Origin: Macrostomum hystrix
Lineage: Eukaryota; Animalia; Platyhelminthes
NCBI GenBank assembly: GCA_950097015.1
Contig: CATNEN010000033.1
Coordinates: 124,001-188,000, forward strand
DNA: 64,000 nt
Reading direction: 5' to 3'
Notes under the pieces: generated by a model
The model's input: only the letters and a program-made list of their open reading frames with translations
Told to the model about the DNA's origin: nothing
The model's database searches: none
Shown: positions 12,601 through 24,944 of the stretch, piece by piece
How the letters are laid out: each line of letters starts with the position of its first letter
How positions within the stretch are numbered: position 1 is the stretch's first letter
Position numbers and translations under genes: made by a program

Positions 12601-15600
12601 GAATCTGTGCCATCTACCAGTCTGGGAGATTCAGAATCTGTGCCATCTACCAGTCTGGGAGATTCAGAATCTGTGCCATCTACCAGTCTGGGAGATTCCG
12701 AATCTGTGCCATCTACCAGTCTGGGAGATTCAGAATCTGTGCCATCTACCAGTCTGGGAGATTCAGAATCTGTGCCATCTACCAGTCTGGGAGATTCAGA
12801 ATCTGTGCCATCTACCAGTCTGGGAGATTCAGAATCTGTGCCATCTACCAGTCTGGGAGATTCAGAGAATCTGTGCCATCTACCAGTCTGGGAGATTCAG
12901 AATCTGTGCCATCTACCAGTCTGGGAGATTCAGAATCTGTGCCATCTACCAGTCTGGGAGATTCAGAATCTGTGCCATCTACCAATCTGGGAGATTCCGA
13001 ATCTGTGCCATCTACCAGTCTGGGAGATTCAGAATCTGTGCCATCTACCAGTCTGGGAGATTCAGAATCTGTGCCATCTACCAGTCTGGGAGATTCAGAA
13101 TCTGTGCCATCTACCAGTCTGGGAGATTCAGAGAATCTGTGCCATCTACCAGTCTGGGAGATTCAGAATCTGTGCCATCTACCAGTCTGGGAGATTCAGA
13201 ATCTGTGCCATCTACCAGTCTGGGAGAGTCAGAGAATCTGTGCCATCTACCAGTCTGGGAGAGTCAGAGAATCTGTGCAATCTACCAGTCTGGGAGATTC
13301 AGAATCTGTGCCATCTACCAGTCTGGGAGATTCAGAATCTGTGCCATCTACCAGTCTGGGAGAGTCAGAGAATCTGTGCCATCTACCAGTCTGGGAGAGT
13401 CAGAGAATCTGTGCAATCTACCAGTCTGGGAGATTCAGAATCTGTGCCATCTACCAGTCTGGGAGAGTCAGAGAATCTGTGCAATCTACCAGTCTGGGAG
13501 ATTCAGAATCTGTGCCATCTACCAGTCTGGGAGATTCAGAATCTGTGCCATCTACCAGTCTGGAGAGTCAGAGAATCTGTGCCATCTACCAGTCTGGGAG
13601 AGTCAGAGAATCTGTGCCATCTACCAATCTGGGGAGATTCCGAATCTGTGCCATCTACCAGTCTGGGAGATTCAGAATCTGTGCCATCTACCAGTCTGGG
13701 AGAGTCAGAGAATCTGTGCCATCTACCAGTCTGGGAGAGTCAGAGAATCTGTGCAATCTACCAGTCTGGGAGATTCAGAATCTGTGCCATCTACCAGTCT
13801 GGGAGATTCAGAATCTGTGCAATCTACCAGTCTGGGAGATTCAGAATCTGTGCCATCTACCAGTCTGGGAGATTCAGAATCTGTGCCATCTACCAGTCTG
13901 GGAGAGTCAGAGAATCTGTGCCATCTACCAGTCTGGGAGATTCAGAATCTGTGCCATCTACCAGTCTGGGAGATTCAGAATCTGTGCCATCTACCAGTCT
14001 GGGAGATTCAGAATCTGTGCCATCTACCAGTCTGGGAGATTCAGAATCTGTGCCATCTACCAATCTGGGAGATTCCGAATCTGTGCCATCTACCAGTCTG
14101 GGAGATTCAGAATCTGTGCCATCTACCAGTCTGGGAGAGTCAGAGAATCTGTGCCATCTACCAGTCTGGGAGAGTCAGAGAATCTGTGCAATCTACCAGT
14201 CTGGGAGATTCAGAATCTGTGCCATCTACCAGTCTGGGAGATTCAGAATCTGTGCAATCTACCAGTCTGGGAGATTCAGAATCTGTGCCATCTACCAGTT
14301 TGGGAGATTCAGAATCTGTGCCATCTACCAGTCTGGGAGAGTCAGAGAATCTGTGCCATCTACCAGTCTGGGAGATTCAGAATCTGTGCCATCTACCAGT
14401 CTGGGAGATTCAGAATCTGTGCCATCTACCAGTCTGGGAGATTCAGAATCTGTGCCATCTACCAGTCTGGGAGATTCAGAATCTGTGCCATCTACCAGTC
14501 TGGGAGATTCAGAATCTGTGCCATCTACCAGTCTGGGAGATTCAGAATCTGTGCCATCTACCAGTCTGGGAGAGTCAGAATCTGTGCCATCTACCAATCT
14601 GGGAGATTCCGAATCTGTGCCATCTACCAGTCTGGGAGATTCAGAATCTGTGCCATCTACCAGTCTGGGAGAGTCAGAGAATCTGTGCCATCTACCAGTC
14701 TGGGAGATTCAGAATCTGTGCCATCTACCAGTCTGGGAGATTCAGAATCTGTGCCATCTACCAGTCTGGGAGATTCAGAATCTGTGCCATCTACCAGTCT
14801 GGGAGATTCAGAATCTGTGCCATCTACCAATCTGGGAGATTCCGAATCTGTGCCATCTACCAGTCTGGGAGATTCAGAATCTGTGCCATCTACCAGTCTG
14901 GGAGATTCAGAATCTGTGCCATCTACCAGTCTGGGAGAGTCAGAGAATCTGTGCCATCTACCAGTCTGGGAGATTCAGAATCTGTGCCATCTACCAGTCT
15001 GGGAGATTCAGAATCTGTGCCATCTACCAGTCTGGGAGATTCAGAATCTGTGCCATCTACCAGTCTGGGAGATTCAGAATCTGTGCCATCTACCAATCTG
15101 GGAGATTCCGAATCTGTGCCATCTACCAGTCTGGGAGATTCAGAATCTGTGCCATCTACCAGTCTGGGAGATTCAGAATCTGTGCCATCTACCAGTCTGG
15201 AAGATTCAGAGAATCTGTGCCATCTACCACTCTGGGAGATTCAGAATCTGTGCCATCTACCAGTCTGGGAGATTCCGAATCTGTGCCATCTACCAGTCTG
15301 GGAGATTCAGAATCTGTGCCATCTACCAGTCTGGGAGATTCCGAATCTGTGCCATCTACCAGTCTGGGAGATTCAGAATCTGTGCCATCTACCAGTCTGG
15401 GAGATTCAGAATCTGTGCCATCTACCAGTCTGGGAGATTCAGAATCTGTGCCATCTACCAGTCTGGGAGATTCAGAATCTGTGCCATCTACCAGTCTGGG
15501 AGATTCAGAATCTGTGCCATCTACCAGTCTGGGAGATTCAGAATCTGTGCCATCTACCAGTCTGGGAGATTCAGAATCTGTGCCATCTACCAGTCTGGGA

Positions 15601-18600
15601 GATTCAGAGAATCTGTGCCATCTACCAGTCTGGGAGATTCAGAATCTGTGCCATCTACCAGTCTGGGAGATTCAGAATCTGTGCCATCTACCAGTCTGGG
15701 AGATTCAGAATCTGTGCCATCTACCAGTCTGGGAGATTCAGAATCTGTGCCATCTACCAGTCTGGGAGATTCAGAATCTGTGCCATCTACCAGTCTGGGA
15801 GATTCAGAATCTGTGCCATCTACCAGTCTGGGAGATTCAGAGAATCTGTGCCATCTACCAGTCTGGGAGATTCAGAATCTGTGCCATCTACCAGTCTGGG
15901 AGATTCAGAATCTGTGCCATCTACCAGTCTGGGAGATTCCGAATCTGTGCCATCTACCAGTCTGGGAGATTCCGAATCTGTGCCATCTACCAGTCTGGGA
16001 GATTCAGAATCTGTGCCATCTACCAGTCTGGGAGATTCAGGATCTGTGCCATCTACCAGTCTGGGAGATTCAGAATCTGTGCAATCTACCAGTCTGGGAG
16101 ATTCAGAGAATCTGTGCCATCTACCAGTCTGGGAGATTCAGAATCTGTGCAATCTACCAGTCTGGGAGATTCAGAATCTGTGCCATCTACCAATCTGGGA
16201 GATTCCGAATCTGTGCCATCTACCAGTCTGGGAGATTCAGAATCTGTGCCATCTACCAGTCTGGGAGATTCAGAATCTGTGCCATCTACCAGTCTGGGAG
16301 ATTCAGAGAATCTGTGCCATCTACCAGTCTGGGAGATTCAGAATCTGTGCCATCTACCAGTCTGGAAGATTCAGAGAATCTGTGCCATCTACCAGTCTGG
16401 GAGATTCAGAATCTGTGCAATCTACCAGTCTGGGAGATTCCGAATCTGTGCCATCTACCAATCTGGGAGATTCCGAATCTGTGCCATCTACCAGTCTGGG
16501 AGATTCAGAATCTGTGCCATCTACCAGTCTGGGAGATTCAGAATCTGTGCCATCTACCAGTCTGGGAGAGTCAGAGAATCTGTGCCATCTACCAGTCTGG
16601 GAGATTCAGAATCTGTGCCATCTACCAGTCTGGGAGATTCAGAATCTGTGCCATCTACCAGTCTGGGAGATTCAGAATCTGTGCCATCTACCAATCTGGG
16701 AGATTCCGAATCTGTGCCATCTACCAGTCTGGGAGATTCAGAATCTGTGCCATCTACCAGTCTGGGAGATTCCGAATCTGTGCCATCTACCAGTCTGGGA
16801 GATTCAGAATCTGTGCCATCTACCAGTCTGGGAGATTCCGAATCTGTGCCATCTACCAGTCTGGGAGATTCAGAATCTGTGCCATCTACCAGTCTGGGAG
16901 ATTCAGAATCTGTGCCATCTACCAGTCTGGGAGATTCAGAATCTGTGCCATCTACCAGTCTGGGAGAGTCAGAGAATCTGTGCCATCTACCAGTCTGGGA
17001 GATTCAGAATCTGTGCCATCTACCAGTCTGGGAGATTCAGAATCTGTGCCATCTACCAGTCTGGGAGATTCCGAATCTGTGCCATCTACCAGTCTGGGAG
17101 ATTCAGAATCTGTGCCATCTACCAGTCTGGGAGAGTCAGAGAATCTGTGCCATCTACCCGTCTGGAAGATTCAGAATCTGTGCCATCTACCAGTCTGGAA
17201 GATTCAGAATCTGTGCCATCTACCAGTCTGGAAGGTATGTGTTGACTTATTAAGCTTCATATACCCTGGCGCAGGTTACACGATGAACTCCATTGACTGG
17301 TGCAACTATTATTGCACCGAAAATCGAACCAGCGGCACCATGTTGGTGCGAAAGCGCCGAATTCGCTCGCTTGACACTGAGACAAAGCGAGAGGGTTGCA
17401 CAAGCTACACCCTGCCATTCTGGATTGCCGCTTCGAAATGGGTGAGCACAGCAGAACATTGTTATAGATACATCCCAGACAAAAGTACTATTTGCTTAGA
17501 AAGCATGTGATTGGAAACATTCATTTGTGTCATGAGCTGAAAATGCTTGGAAAATTTCTTACGACATGAATTGAAGATTTCTTCATCGTTTGAGCACAGA
17601 CTCACATTATCGGGGCCTTCGGTTAAGCCCTCCGAAATGAATTGTTTGCTTTAGCATACTCTTCAACCATGTCATCTATTTGCTACGCTGTGTGCCGATC
17701 AAAAAGGTGAAAAGGTAAACAGATAGAAGGATTCTTGCAAATTCTATCGCCTTCAGGTTCAGACAATGTAGCTGTTGCATGGGTTTTGATGCAGTTTTGC
17801 ATTGTATTTTTGTGAAGCATGGAACAAAAAAAGTAGATATAAGAATTGATTTATTGGCAGATGCTTGAACATCCTATTATAAGAGATAATGAGCACGACA
17901 AAGCATTCATTGTCCAAAAGTTTGCAGGAAAATCGGTGGGAAAAGTTTCCGTTCTTCTCAACGCTTCAGTGGAGACTCCGTTTAAAGAGGGCTCGTAAGT
18001 TCCACTTTGGGTCATCAATAAGTTGTCAGGTGTGAGGGAGATTTTTATGAATTGACAAGTAAGGTAGATAAAAAATTTATGATTAGGCAGGTGTGAGAGA
18101 GATTAGAAATTGGTGATAAGGCAAGTGTGAGGTAGATAAGAGTTTATGATTAGGCAGGTCCGGGGGAGATAAGAAATTGGTGATAAGGCAAGTGTGAGGT
18201 AGATAAGAGTTTATGATTAGGCAGGTGTGAGAGAGATAAGAAATTGGTGATAAGGCAAGTGTGAGGTAGATAAAAAATTTATGATTAGGCAGGTGTGAGA
18301 GAGATAAGAAATAGGTGATAAGGCAAGTGTGAGGTAGATAAAAAAATTATGATTAGGCAGGTGTGACAGAGATAAGAAATAGGTGATAAGGCAAGTGTGA
18401 GGTAGATTAGAAATAGGTGATAAGGCAAGTGTGAGAGAGATAAGAAATAGGTGATAAGGCAAGTGTGAGGTAGATAAAAAATTATGATTAGGCAGGTGTG
18501 AGAGAGATAAGAAATAGGTGATAAGGCAAGTGTGAGGTAGATAAAAGAGTTTTTATTAGTCAGGTGTGATGGAGATTAGAGATTTTTATGATACAATGCA

Positions 18601-19169
18601 GGTAGGATTTGGATTAGACATAGGTGAACAGTCTGGTAAGAAATAATTAATAGAGGATTCAGAGACAGGTAGGAAGAATGTGATTTTCAATTGGGTGCAT
18701 AAAAAGCAACTCGCAGCGCTGTCGAATGACTCAGGATCTTCGGCCAGTTCGAGCTGCCGCTGCTGATGTCGCCCCGAGTAAGCCGAGTTGCCATCTACCC
18801 GCTGCGCTCCCTGAGCGACCAGCGACCGCCAGCATTCAGCACCTGCAATGAGGACAAGTCGGTCCTGCGGCTGCTGCAGACCCTGCGACAGAATTTTGTG
18901 CCCGCCGTCTGCCAGGATGATCCGCAGTGAGTCCGCTCGCCACGTGAGTTCGAATCCCGGTTGAAATCTGAGTCCGACACCGACTGCCGCCCGCCCGCAG
19001 GTTCCTGGTGCACAGCCTGTGCTCGGAGTGGCCGCAGGCGGAGCGATGTCGCCTCGCCGACAGCTCAGCTGGCGTCGGAGTCAATCGGCGTGGCTTCGAC
19101 CATTTGCACTGGACGTCTGCGGTCTCGGCAGTCCTGACTGTCAGGGCAGCCATTCGACTGGCTGTCTGA
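9659..19169 (+). CDS. ADP-ribosyl cyclase / NAD+ glycohydrolase of the CD38/CD157(BST1)/schistosome NACE family; signal peptide and probable GPI-anchor tail
   Basis: Exons 9659(or 9611)-9819 (signal peptide, IFIGRC), 9990-10125 (KNCSQLWQAF...PNICQPKPEDF...HDIPKDQ), 10623-10710 (FVFWSG...PLEKTLIG), 17275-17441 (YTMNSIDWC...LPFWIAASKW), 17921-17994 (FAGKSVGKVSVLLNAS), 18735-18926 (IFGQFELP...C...C), 19001-19169 (C..C plus hydrophobic tail). Equivalents of CD38 W125, E146, W189 and catalytic E226 are present and all splice phases match. Confidence 0.9.
10128..10345. repeat. 21-bp intronic minisatellite
   Basis: Unit GTGGGATGGATTAGGGAGTCA, period 21, starting right after the exon-2 donor. Confidence 0.9.
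10785..17234. repeat. 6.4-kb satellite of 33-bp units with 35-bp variants, about 190 copies, in cyclase intron 3
   Basis: Unit GAATCTGTGCCATCTACCAGTCTGGGAGATTCA has no stop codon in any plus-strand frame, which explains the three >2100-aa ORFs. Confidence 0.97.
18050..18600. repeat. About 67-bp dimeric intronic minisatellite
   Basis: GATAAGGCAAGTGTGAGGTAGATAAG...ATGATTAGGCAGGTGTGAGAGAGATAAGAAAT; two related subunits of about 33 bp. Confidence 0.85.
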
Positions 19170-19199
19170 TGCAATGGGAAAACTTTGGGTTTGAGAGTT

Positions 19200-19400
19200 C
19201 TTAAATTGGGATAAATTTCTAGATTGGGATAAATTTATGATTTAGATAAATTTCTAGATTAGGATAAATTTGTAGATTATAACACATTTTATATTGGGAT
19301 ACACTTCAGAACTGGGATAAATCTTAGGATTGGGGAAAAATGGAAAACGCGAATGTCTTGGTCGGGATAAATTTCGGGATTGGGATAAATTTTAGAATTA
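19200..19400. repeat. Degenerate repeat of about 20 bp (GGGATAAATTT core)
   Basis: Repeated ATTGGGATAAATTTxTAG motifs just after the cyclase stop codon. Confidence 0.6.
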
Positions 19401-19655
19401 TGAAGCACTCACAGGTTTTGGGAATAAGAAGGAAATATAATAGTTGGTAAATTCGCTACCTATGAAATATTTTCCCATTAAAATTTCTAATTTATTGTTC
19501 CTCGTAAATAAAAAAAATTAATATTTCCGTATTTTACACCTTGTACTCGTATCTCTTGATATGAAACCTGGTTTGCTCAAACACTGGCCTTCTTTTAATT
19601 GATATTTTTTGTACCCCATACATATATGTACCCCAACACAGACACCTTTTTACAC

Positions 19656-20250
19656 ATGATCACACACTGACACCTTCCAGGCCTTCAATGATCACACACT
19701 GACACCTTCCAGGCCTTCAATGATCACACACTGACACCTTCCACACCTTCAATGATCACACACTGACACCTTCCAGGCCTTCAATGATTACACACTGACA
19801 CCTTCCAGACCTTCAATGATCACACACTGACACCTTCCACACCTTCAATGATCACACACTGACACCTTCCAGGTCTTCAATGATCACACACTGACACCTT
19901 CCAGGTCTTCAATGATCACACACTGACACCTTCCACACCTTCAATGATCACACACTGACACCTTCCAGGCCTTCAATGATTACACACTGACACCTTCCAC
20001 ACCTTCAATGATCACACACTGACACCTTCCACACCTTCAATTATCACACACTGACACCTTCCAGGCCTTCAATGATCACAAACTGACACCTTCCACACCT
20101 TCAATGATCACACACTGACACCTTCCAGGCCTTCAATTATCACACGCTGACACCTTCCAGACCTTCAATGATCACACACTGACACCTTCCAGACCTTCAA
20201 TTATCACACGCTGACACCTTCCAGACCTTCAATGATCACACGCTGACACC
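19656..20250. repeat. 32-bp minisatellite
   Basis: Unit ATGATCACACACTGACACCTTCCAGGCCTTCA, about 18 copies. Confidence 0.92.
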
Positions 20251-23078
20251 TTCCAGAACTATAAATGCACCGAAACCCATGCTTCTATTATGCAAGCATA
20301 GCTCAAAGCATATTCCAATGCACTATCTGCAAAAGTGCAAGTTCAGTTCGCCAAGTTTAATTAGCATATTTGGCTACAAAACTCTGATCCTAAAGCTGGG
20401 TCAATAGCATGCGGTGTACGAGTTTTTTTAGCCTTTTACCAGACAAAATTTCACTACAGTGCGGCAAAGACTCACTTTGAGTCAACTGTTCAAAGTGTTC
20501 CCTTGTCGTGATTTTGCATTTTTTTCGCCGAATTAATTTGCACTGGAAAACGGATATTATCCAACTATGTACCGTAGTCTAATTCAATAATTGAAGATTA
20601 AAATACTGTCTTCTGCTCCCAGAAGTCCCAGATGAAGTCCCAGATTCATGTTAGAATGCTACAAAATGGCAATGAAAATGGTCAAAAATACACCAGTAGG
20701 ACCGCTTCCCGTCTGCACTACAATTGCGGGGTCAGTGTCACAAAATTAACCCCGTTGTAGGATCGGTTATAACTCAATTAGCAACCATGCAGTCTCTCTG
20801 GTGGTTTTGACTAGCAAAGCTATCGGGAGACGGAGATGAATTTTTCCAACACTGAGAGTTCGCTGGCATGCTACAGTATTAGCACTTCTAGTGCTCAGTC
20901 CGCCGTAATTTTGCTGTGATCTAGCTATTTTAAAGTTGCTTGCTGTGGTAACGGACATGCTAACATATGGGTACGTAAAACGATTATGTCAACCGAGATT
21001 CTAGCTACGATTCTCTGCTTCGATTCGAACTACGACTTCATCTTATATTCTAACTACGGTTTCTGCTTCGATTTGACTTAAGATTCCTGCTGTGTTTTCA
21101 GCACTACTCTTGCTTGGATTCTGGTAGAACTGTTTATCGCTGTTAAGCACTGCAGTTAAACAGGTAAAATGTCACACTGTACTCGCTAAATACGAGCTCA
21201 TTAGTTTAAATTACACTAGCTAAATGAGTGAAGATTTCAATTTGCATGGCTAGAAAAAAATTCGTTCTTGAAATGCAGAACTTTCATGGAAAAATAAAGA
21301 GCCGTATTGTCGACGTCATTGCAAAATAAAAACCAAATAAGTCTATCAATTATTCTTTATAAAAAGCGTTTCATGATAAAAAATACACTCTTATATGGGT
21401 AAATTGGCTGGTATTTCGAGAAATCACATCCTGCAATTTGCAGAGCTTGCCTTTAGGGATCACGATCCAGCTGATAGTCCAATTTCGAGCTTGTCATGCA
21501 GAGCAGAGCTTGGCTTTGTTTGCTGAGTCGTCGCATTTTTTTTATTCTTCCTCGTGTTAGAATTCTGTAAAGTTTTTCGTGTAGGTCTGTGGGCTTAGAA
21601 TCACGAGCCATGAGCGCTCTGTTTCGACTTATTTATTTCCAATTAAACAGTTTTTTCCTTTCTTGTCTAAAAATATTTGAATCAATTAGTCATGACACAA
21701 AATGATAAGGTTCATCAAGACAACACTCGTAACTTCTCTATTATTGTTTCTAAATGTGTAATTAATTGAAATGGATATACTAGTGTGTATAGTGTTGGGT
21801 AATTTGCTTGGTGTTTAAGTCGTCTTCCAATGTAACCTCTACTGCATTTGTCTATCAAATCAATCAATTGATAGTACATGGCACTGCATGTATGCATGTT
21901 CTTTAGCACAATTTCTTATAAGACCCACTAACGACAAAGCTTAAAAATGTTTTGACATGCGAACAAAGATATATTTCCTTTAATTATTCCGTTACGTGGT
22001 TGTTATATCGATCAAAACTTGGCCATTGAACTCGTGATTTAAAGGTATACGCATTGACAAGGTAAAGAAAGCCATATAGTCACGTTTTTGGAGCGAGACT
22101 ATTAGTATGTATACTTACTGAAACAAGTCGAATGATATTCCCAGCCTGAATTAAAACGAACCAAATATCACTGAACTATGTAATATGTATATTTGTTTAA
22201 ATTACGAAGCTTTCATCGTTTCTAAACATTCAACTTAGGTCAGGGTGAAGTATATTTAAAATTCCATTTTCTCAATTTAGCTTTATTGTATTATTATATA
22301 ACATGGAGTGCTAATATTAGAGTAGTTGCAAAATTAGAAAATTACCATATGATATATTATACCAATATCTTACATCGATACAGAGATTCTTAAATGTTTC
22401 ATTTTTCATGCACACATATAAGTACTACATTTTAATTATTACAAATGACAAAAGTCGAAGCAAAGTTCGTTTGAACATTACAAATGGTATAAAGTATAAA
22501 CGATTACGTAACTAACTACAGCTACGTTTTCATTTATTTAATTATAAGCTACATGCATTTTGCTGACATACCAAGGCATCAATAAAATTATTGCTTTGGG
22601 CACTAAACTTTTTTAGATCTTCCAGCTTATTATGTATGTAAATTTCAGTGCTAATGCTAAGTTAGTCCCCTGCTTTACTTTAAATCACCGTTAGAGATGC
22701 TAAATGCAGAGGTCAAGACTTTAAGATAACTATTAATTTAATAGCTATTTTAATGCCATGCTTTATTCGTGTAATAAAGCATAATTAGCATATCTAATGG
22801 GGCCTAAAAACACTTCGTTGGATAATTAAAAATATATATGTTTCTTTTTTGTTTATTAACTGCATATGTAATTAAAAATGTAAAAACATTTTTTCAATTA
22901 ATACATACTGATTCATTACCCAATATCTTAAATCAAATAGCATTTCTCCAATGCAATCCTATTTTGACAGCTAGCTTTTATATTAAACACTCTTGGCACA
23001 ATTGACAGCATGATATATGCAAGCTATCACACATGCACTCCGTCCTATCTTTTCTGCAGCTCATCTGTCGTCTCCAGG

Positions 23079-23573
23079 ATGCACACTTCTGTCAGCGAAG
23101 CCGCCCGCCAGCTTCGAATCGGAGACGCCTTCGCAAACGCGGACGTCGACGCCGATGGACGGCTGAGCAGAGCCGATGTCAAGGTGGCCTGGATTGAGCT
23201 GTTCGGCTACAAGCCCTGCCGGCGAGAGCTCGACCTCATCATGCAGTCTCAGCCCCAGCCATCGGCGCCTGTTGAAGATGGCCGCGATTTTGTGACCCTC
23301 GACACTTTCCGCCGCCTGGCATCGGCCCGGATGTCTCGTCTGGATCCCGACGGCCAGCTGCGGCACGCGTTCGCCGCCCTAGACTCTCTGGGCCGCAACT
23401 TCCTCCGGTTGGAGGACCTACGCCGCGCCGTCGAGCAGGTGGCGCCCCGCCTGGCCGCCTCCTCCAGCTTCGCCGTTGATCGGGCCTTCGCCGAGATCGA
23501 CGCCGACGGCGACGGGCGAGTCACCTACCGGGACTTTGAGTTCGCTATGAAATTCGAGCCTGGACAAACTTGA
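23079..23573 (+). CDS. EFCAB11: EF-hand calcium-binding domain-containing protein 11
   Basis: AFANADVDADGRLSRADVKVAWIELFGYKP...LRHAFAALDSLGRNFLRLEDLRRAVEQVAPRL...AFAEIDADGDGRVTYRDFEFAM reproduces the LFGYKP, QVAP and terminal EF-hand pattern of EFCAB11. Uninterrupted CDS with acceptors at 23059 and 23077 just before the ATG. Confidence 0.9.
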   Translation: MHTSVSEAARQLRIGDAFANADVDADGRLSRADVKVAWIELFGYKPCRRELDLIMQSQPQPSAPVEDGRDFVTLDTFRRLASARMSRLDPDGQLRHAFAALDSLGRNFLRLEDLRRAVEQVAPRLAASSSFAVDRAFAEIDADGDGRVTYRDFEFAMKFEPGQT

Positions 23574-23782
23574 GCACAGCGTGGCCACTGTGCTCCAGCT
23601 CCACTTCTGTTGTCTTCTGATCTAGCTACTGCATTTGACACCGTGCCTACTCTCTACTTCTCTACTCTACTTATCATGGTCTACTTCTCTCATATTGAGA
23701 AAGAGCGACTATACCGAGTATTTATTAATACAAAATGAAGGCCAAAATCAACATTCTAGCAAGTAATCCTAATAAGAGTGTG

Positions 23783-24120
23783 AGTTGCAGAGCAGTCAAC
23801 GCGTTTGCGCGACGATTCCGCGACGAGGCCACCTTTTTGTTCGGGCGCAGCCGCGGAGAGAAGGCTTTGGGGGCTTGTCGTGCAATTTACGCCCTTGAGG
23901 GCCAACCTTCAAGGCACAGTGAGAGTGTTCACTGCCTGACGATGAGAAAGTCAGGGCAGATGTACACACCTGTGTGAGCGTGTGCCTGCGTACAGTATCT
24001 GTGTGCGTGTGTGCTCAGGAGTCAGCGAAATGAGCAGAATTGCCTCCTCGCTGGCTGCGTGTCTAGTGTCACCAAATGATGCGCCACTACCTTCAGACCT
24101 GCAATTCTTATAATTATATT
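23783..24120 (+). mobile_element. tRNA-derived SINE, copy B (CpG-intact, head partly deleted)
   Basis: GTTGCAGAGCAGTCAACGCGTTTGC...GATTCCGCGACGAGG...AGAAGGCTTTGGGGGCTTGTCGTGCAATTTACGCCCTTGAGGG...GTGTCACCAAAT...CCTGCAATT aligns with copy A. Confidence 0.75.
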
Positions 24121-24944
24121 TATTAGTAAATCCTGTTTAATCGCGTTTCAACTACATCGTCAGTCATCGTTAATTAACGATTTAAGTTTATAGGTAACGA
24201 TTTAGTCCCATAGTTAATTATTACAAATCAAGACTTGCCTGGCCATGACTAATTGTGTACTCGTAGTCAAGACGCGTCGCGTTTAAAAATAATTACTAAC
24301 TACAATGTTGATTTAGTTGTTCATTAAATTTATTTAATATTCTTCTCACGTTCCACTTATCATTGTCTACTTCTCTGCTCTTCTTCTCAATGTCTACTTC
24401 TCGTTGACTACTTCTCATTATCTACGTACTTAACCCATCCTGTTTATAATGGCAGGGTTTATCAGCCCCTACACAGTTTGACCTTGCGTTCTCTAACTCT
24501 GTATATTTTCAGATCTCAGAACTCATTTGTGCTAACAAAAATAGCTATAATATAATTTTTGCATTTTCTATCTGTTCTTAGTCGATGATTTTCGATTCCG
24601 GGTAATTGAACAAATAGCAAAGGCGAGCCACATTCTCTGCTGTCGCTTTTGCACTCAAAAGTGCCCGTTGAATTTTTCATGCAAAAAATACAACTCTAAT
24701 AAAACAGCGAATCGATGGGTGACATGTGCACTTATCGGATCTGATTGCTGTAGTTTATTTCTTAAAATATATTTGACAGCTCGGGTGATTCCAGCTTGCC
24801 TTTTTAATGCGGTTTCGAGTATGTAGCATAAACTATGTTTTTGATACTAATACCATGATTTGCATAGAGAAAGTTGAACCTAAATTATTTATAACAACCT
24901 TAGATACTTTCCCAAGTGAACACAGAAACACTCATGGTCTATCC

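Noticed and set aside
10785-17234. CRISPR-like array, or a CTCF-site array (minus strand CTGGTAGATGGCAC resembles the CTCF core)
   Set aside because: No unique spacers, no cas genes and a eukaryotic context. The CTCF match is partial, and CTCF is reported missing in studied flatworms, so it is unsupported without a proteome search.
10755-17510. Three >2,100-aa ORFs as stand-alone proteins
   Set aside because: They arise from a stop-free 33-bp unit, and the peptide text cycles between frames at each 35-bp variant. Only the tail of 10755..17510 is real (cyclase exon 4).
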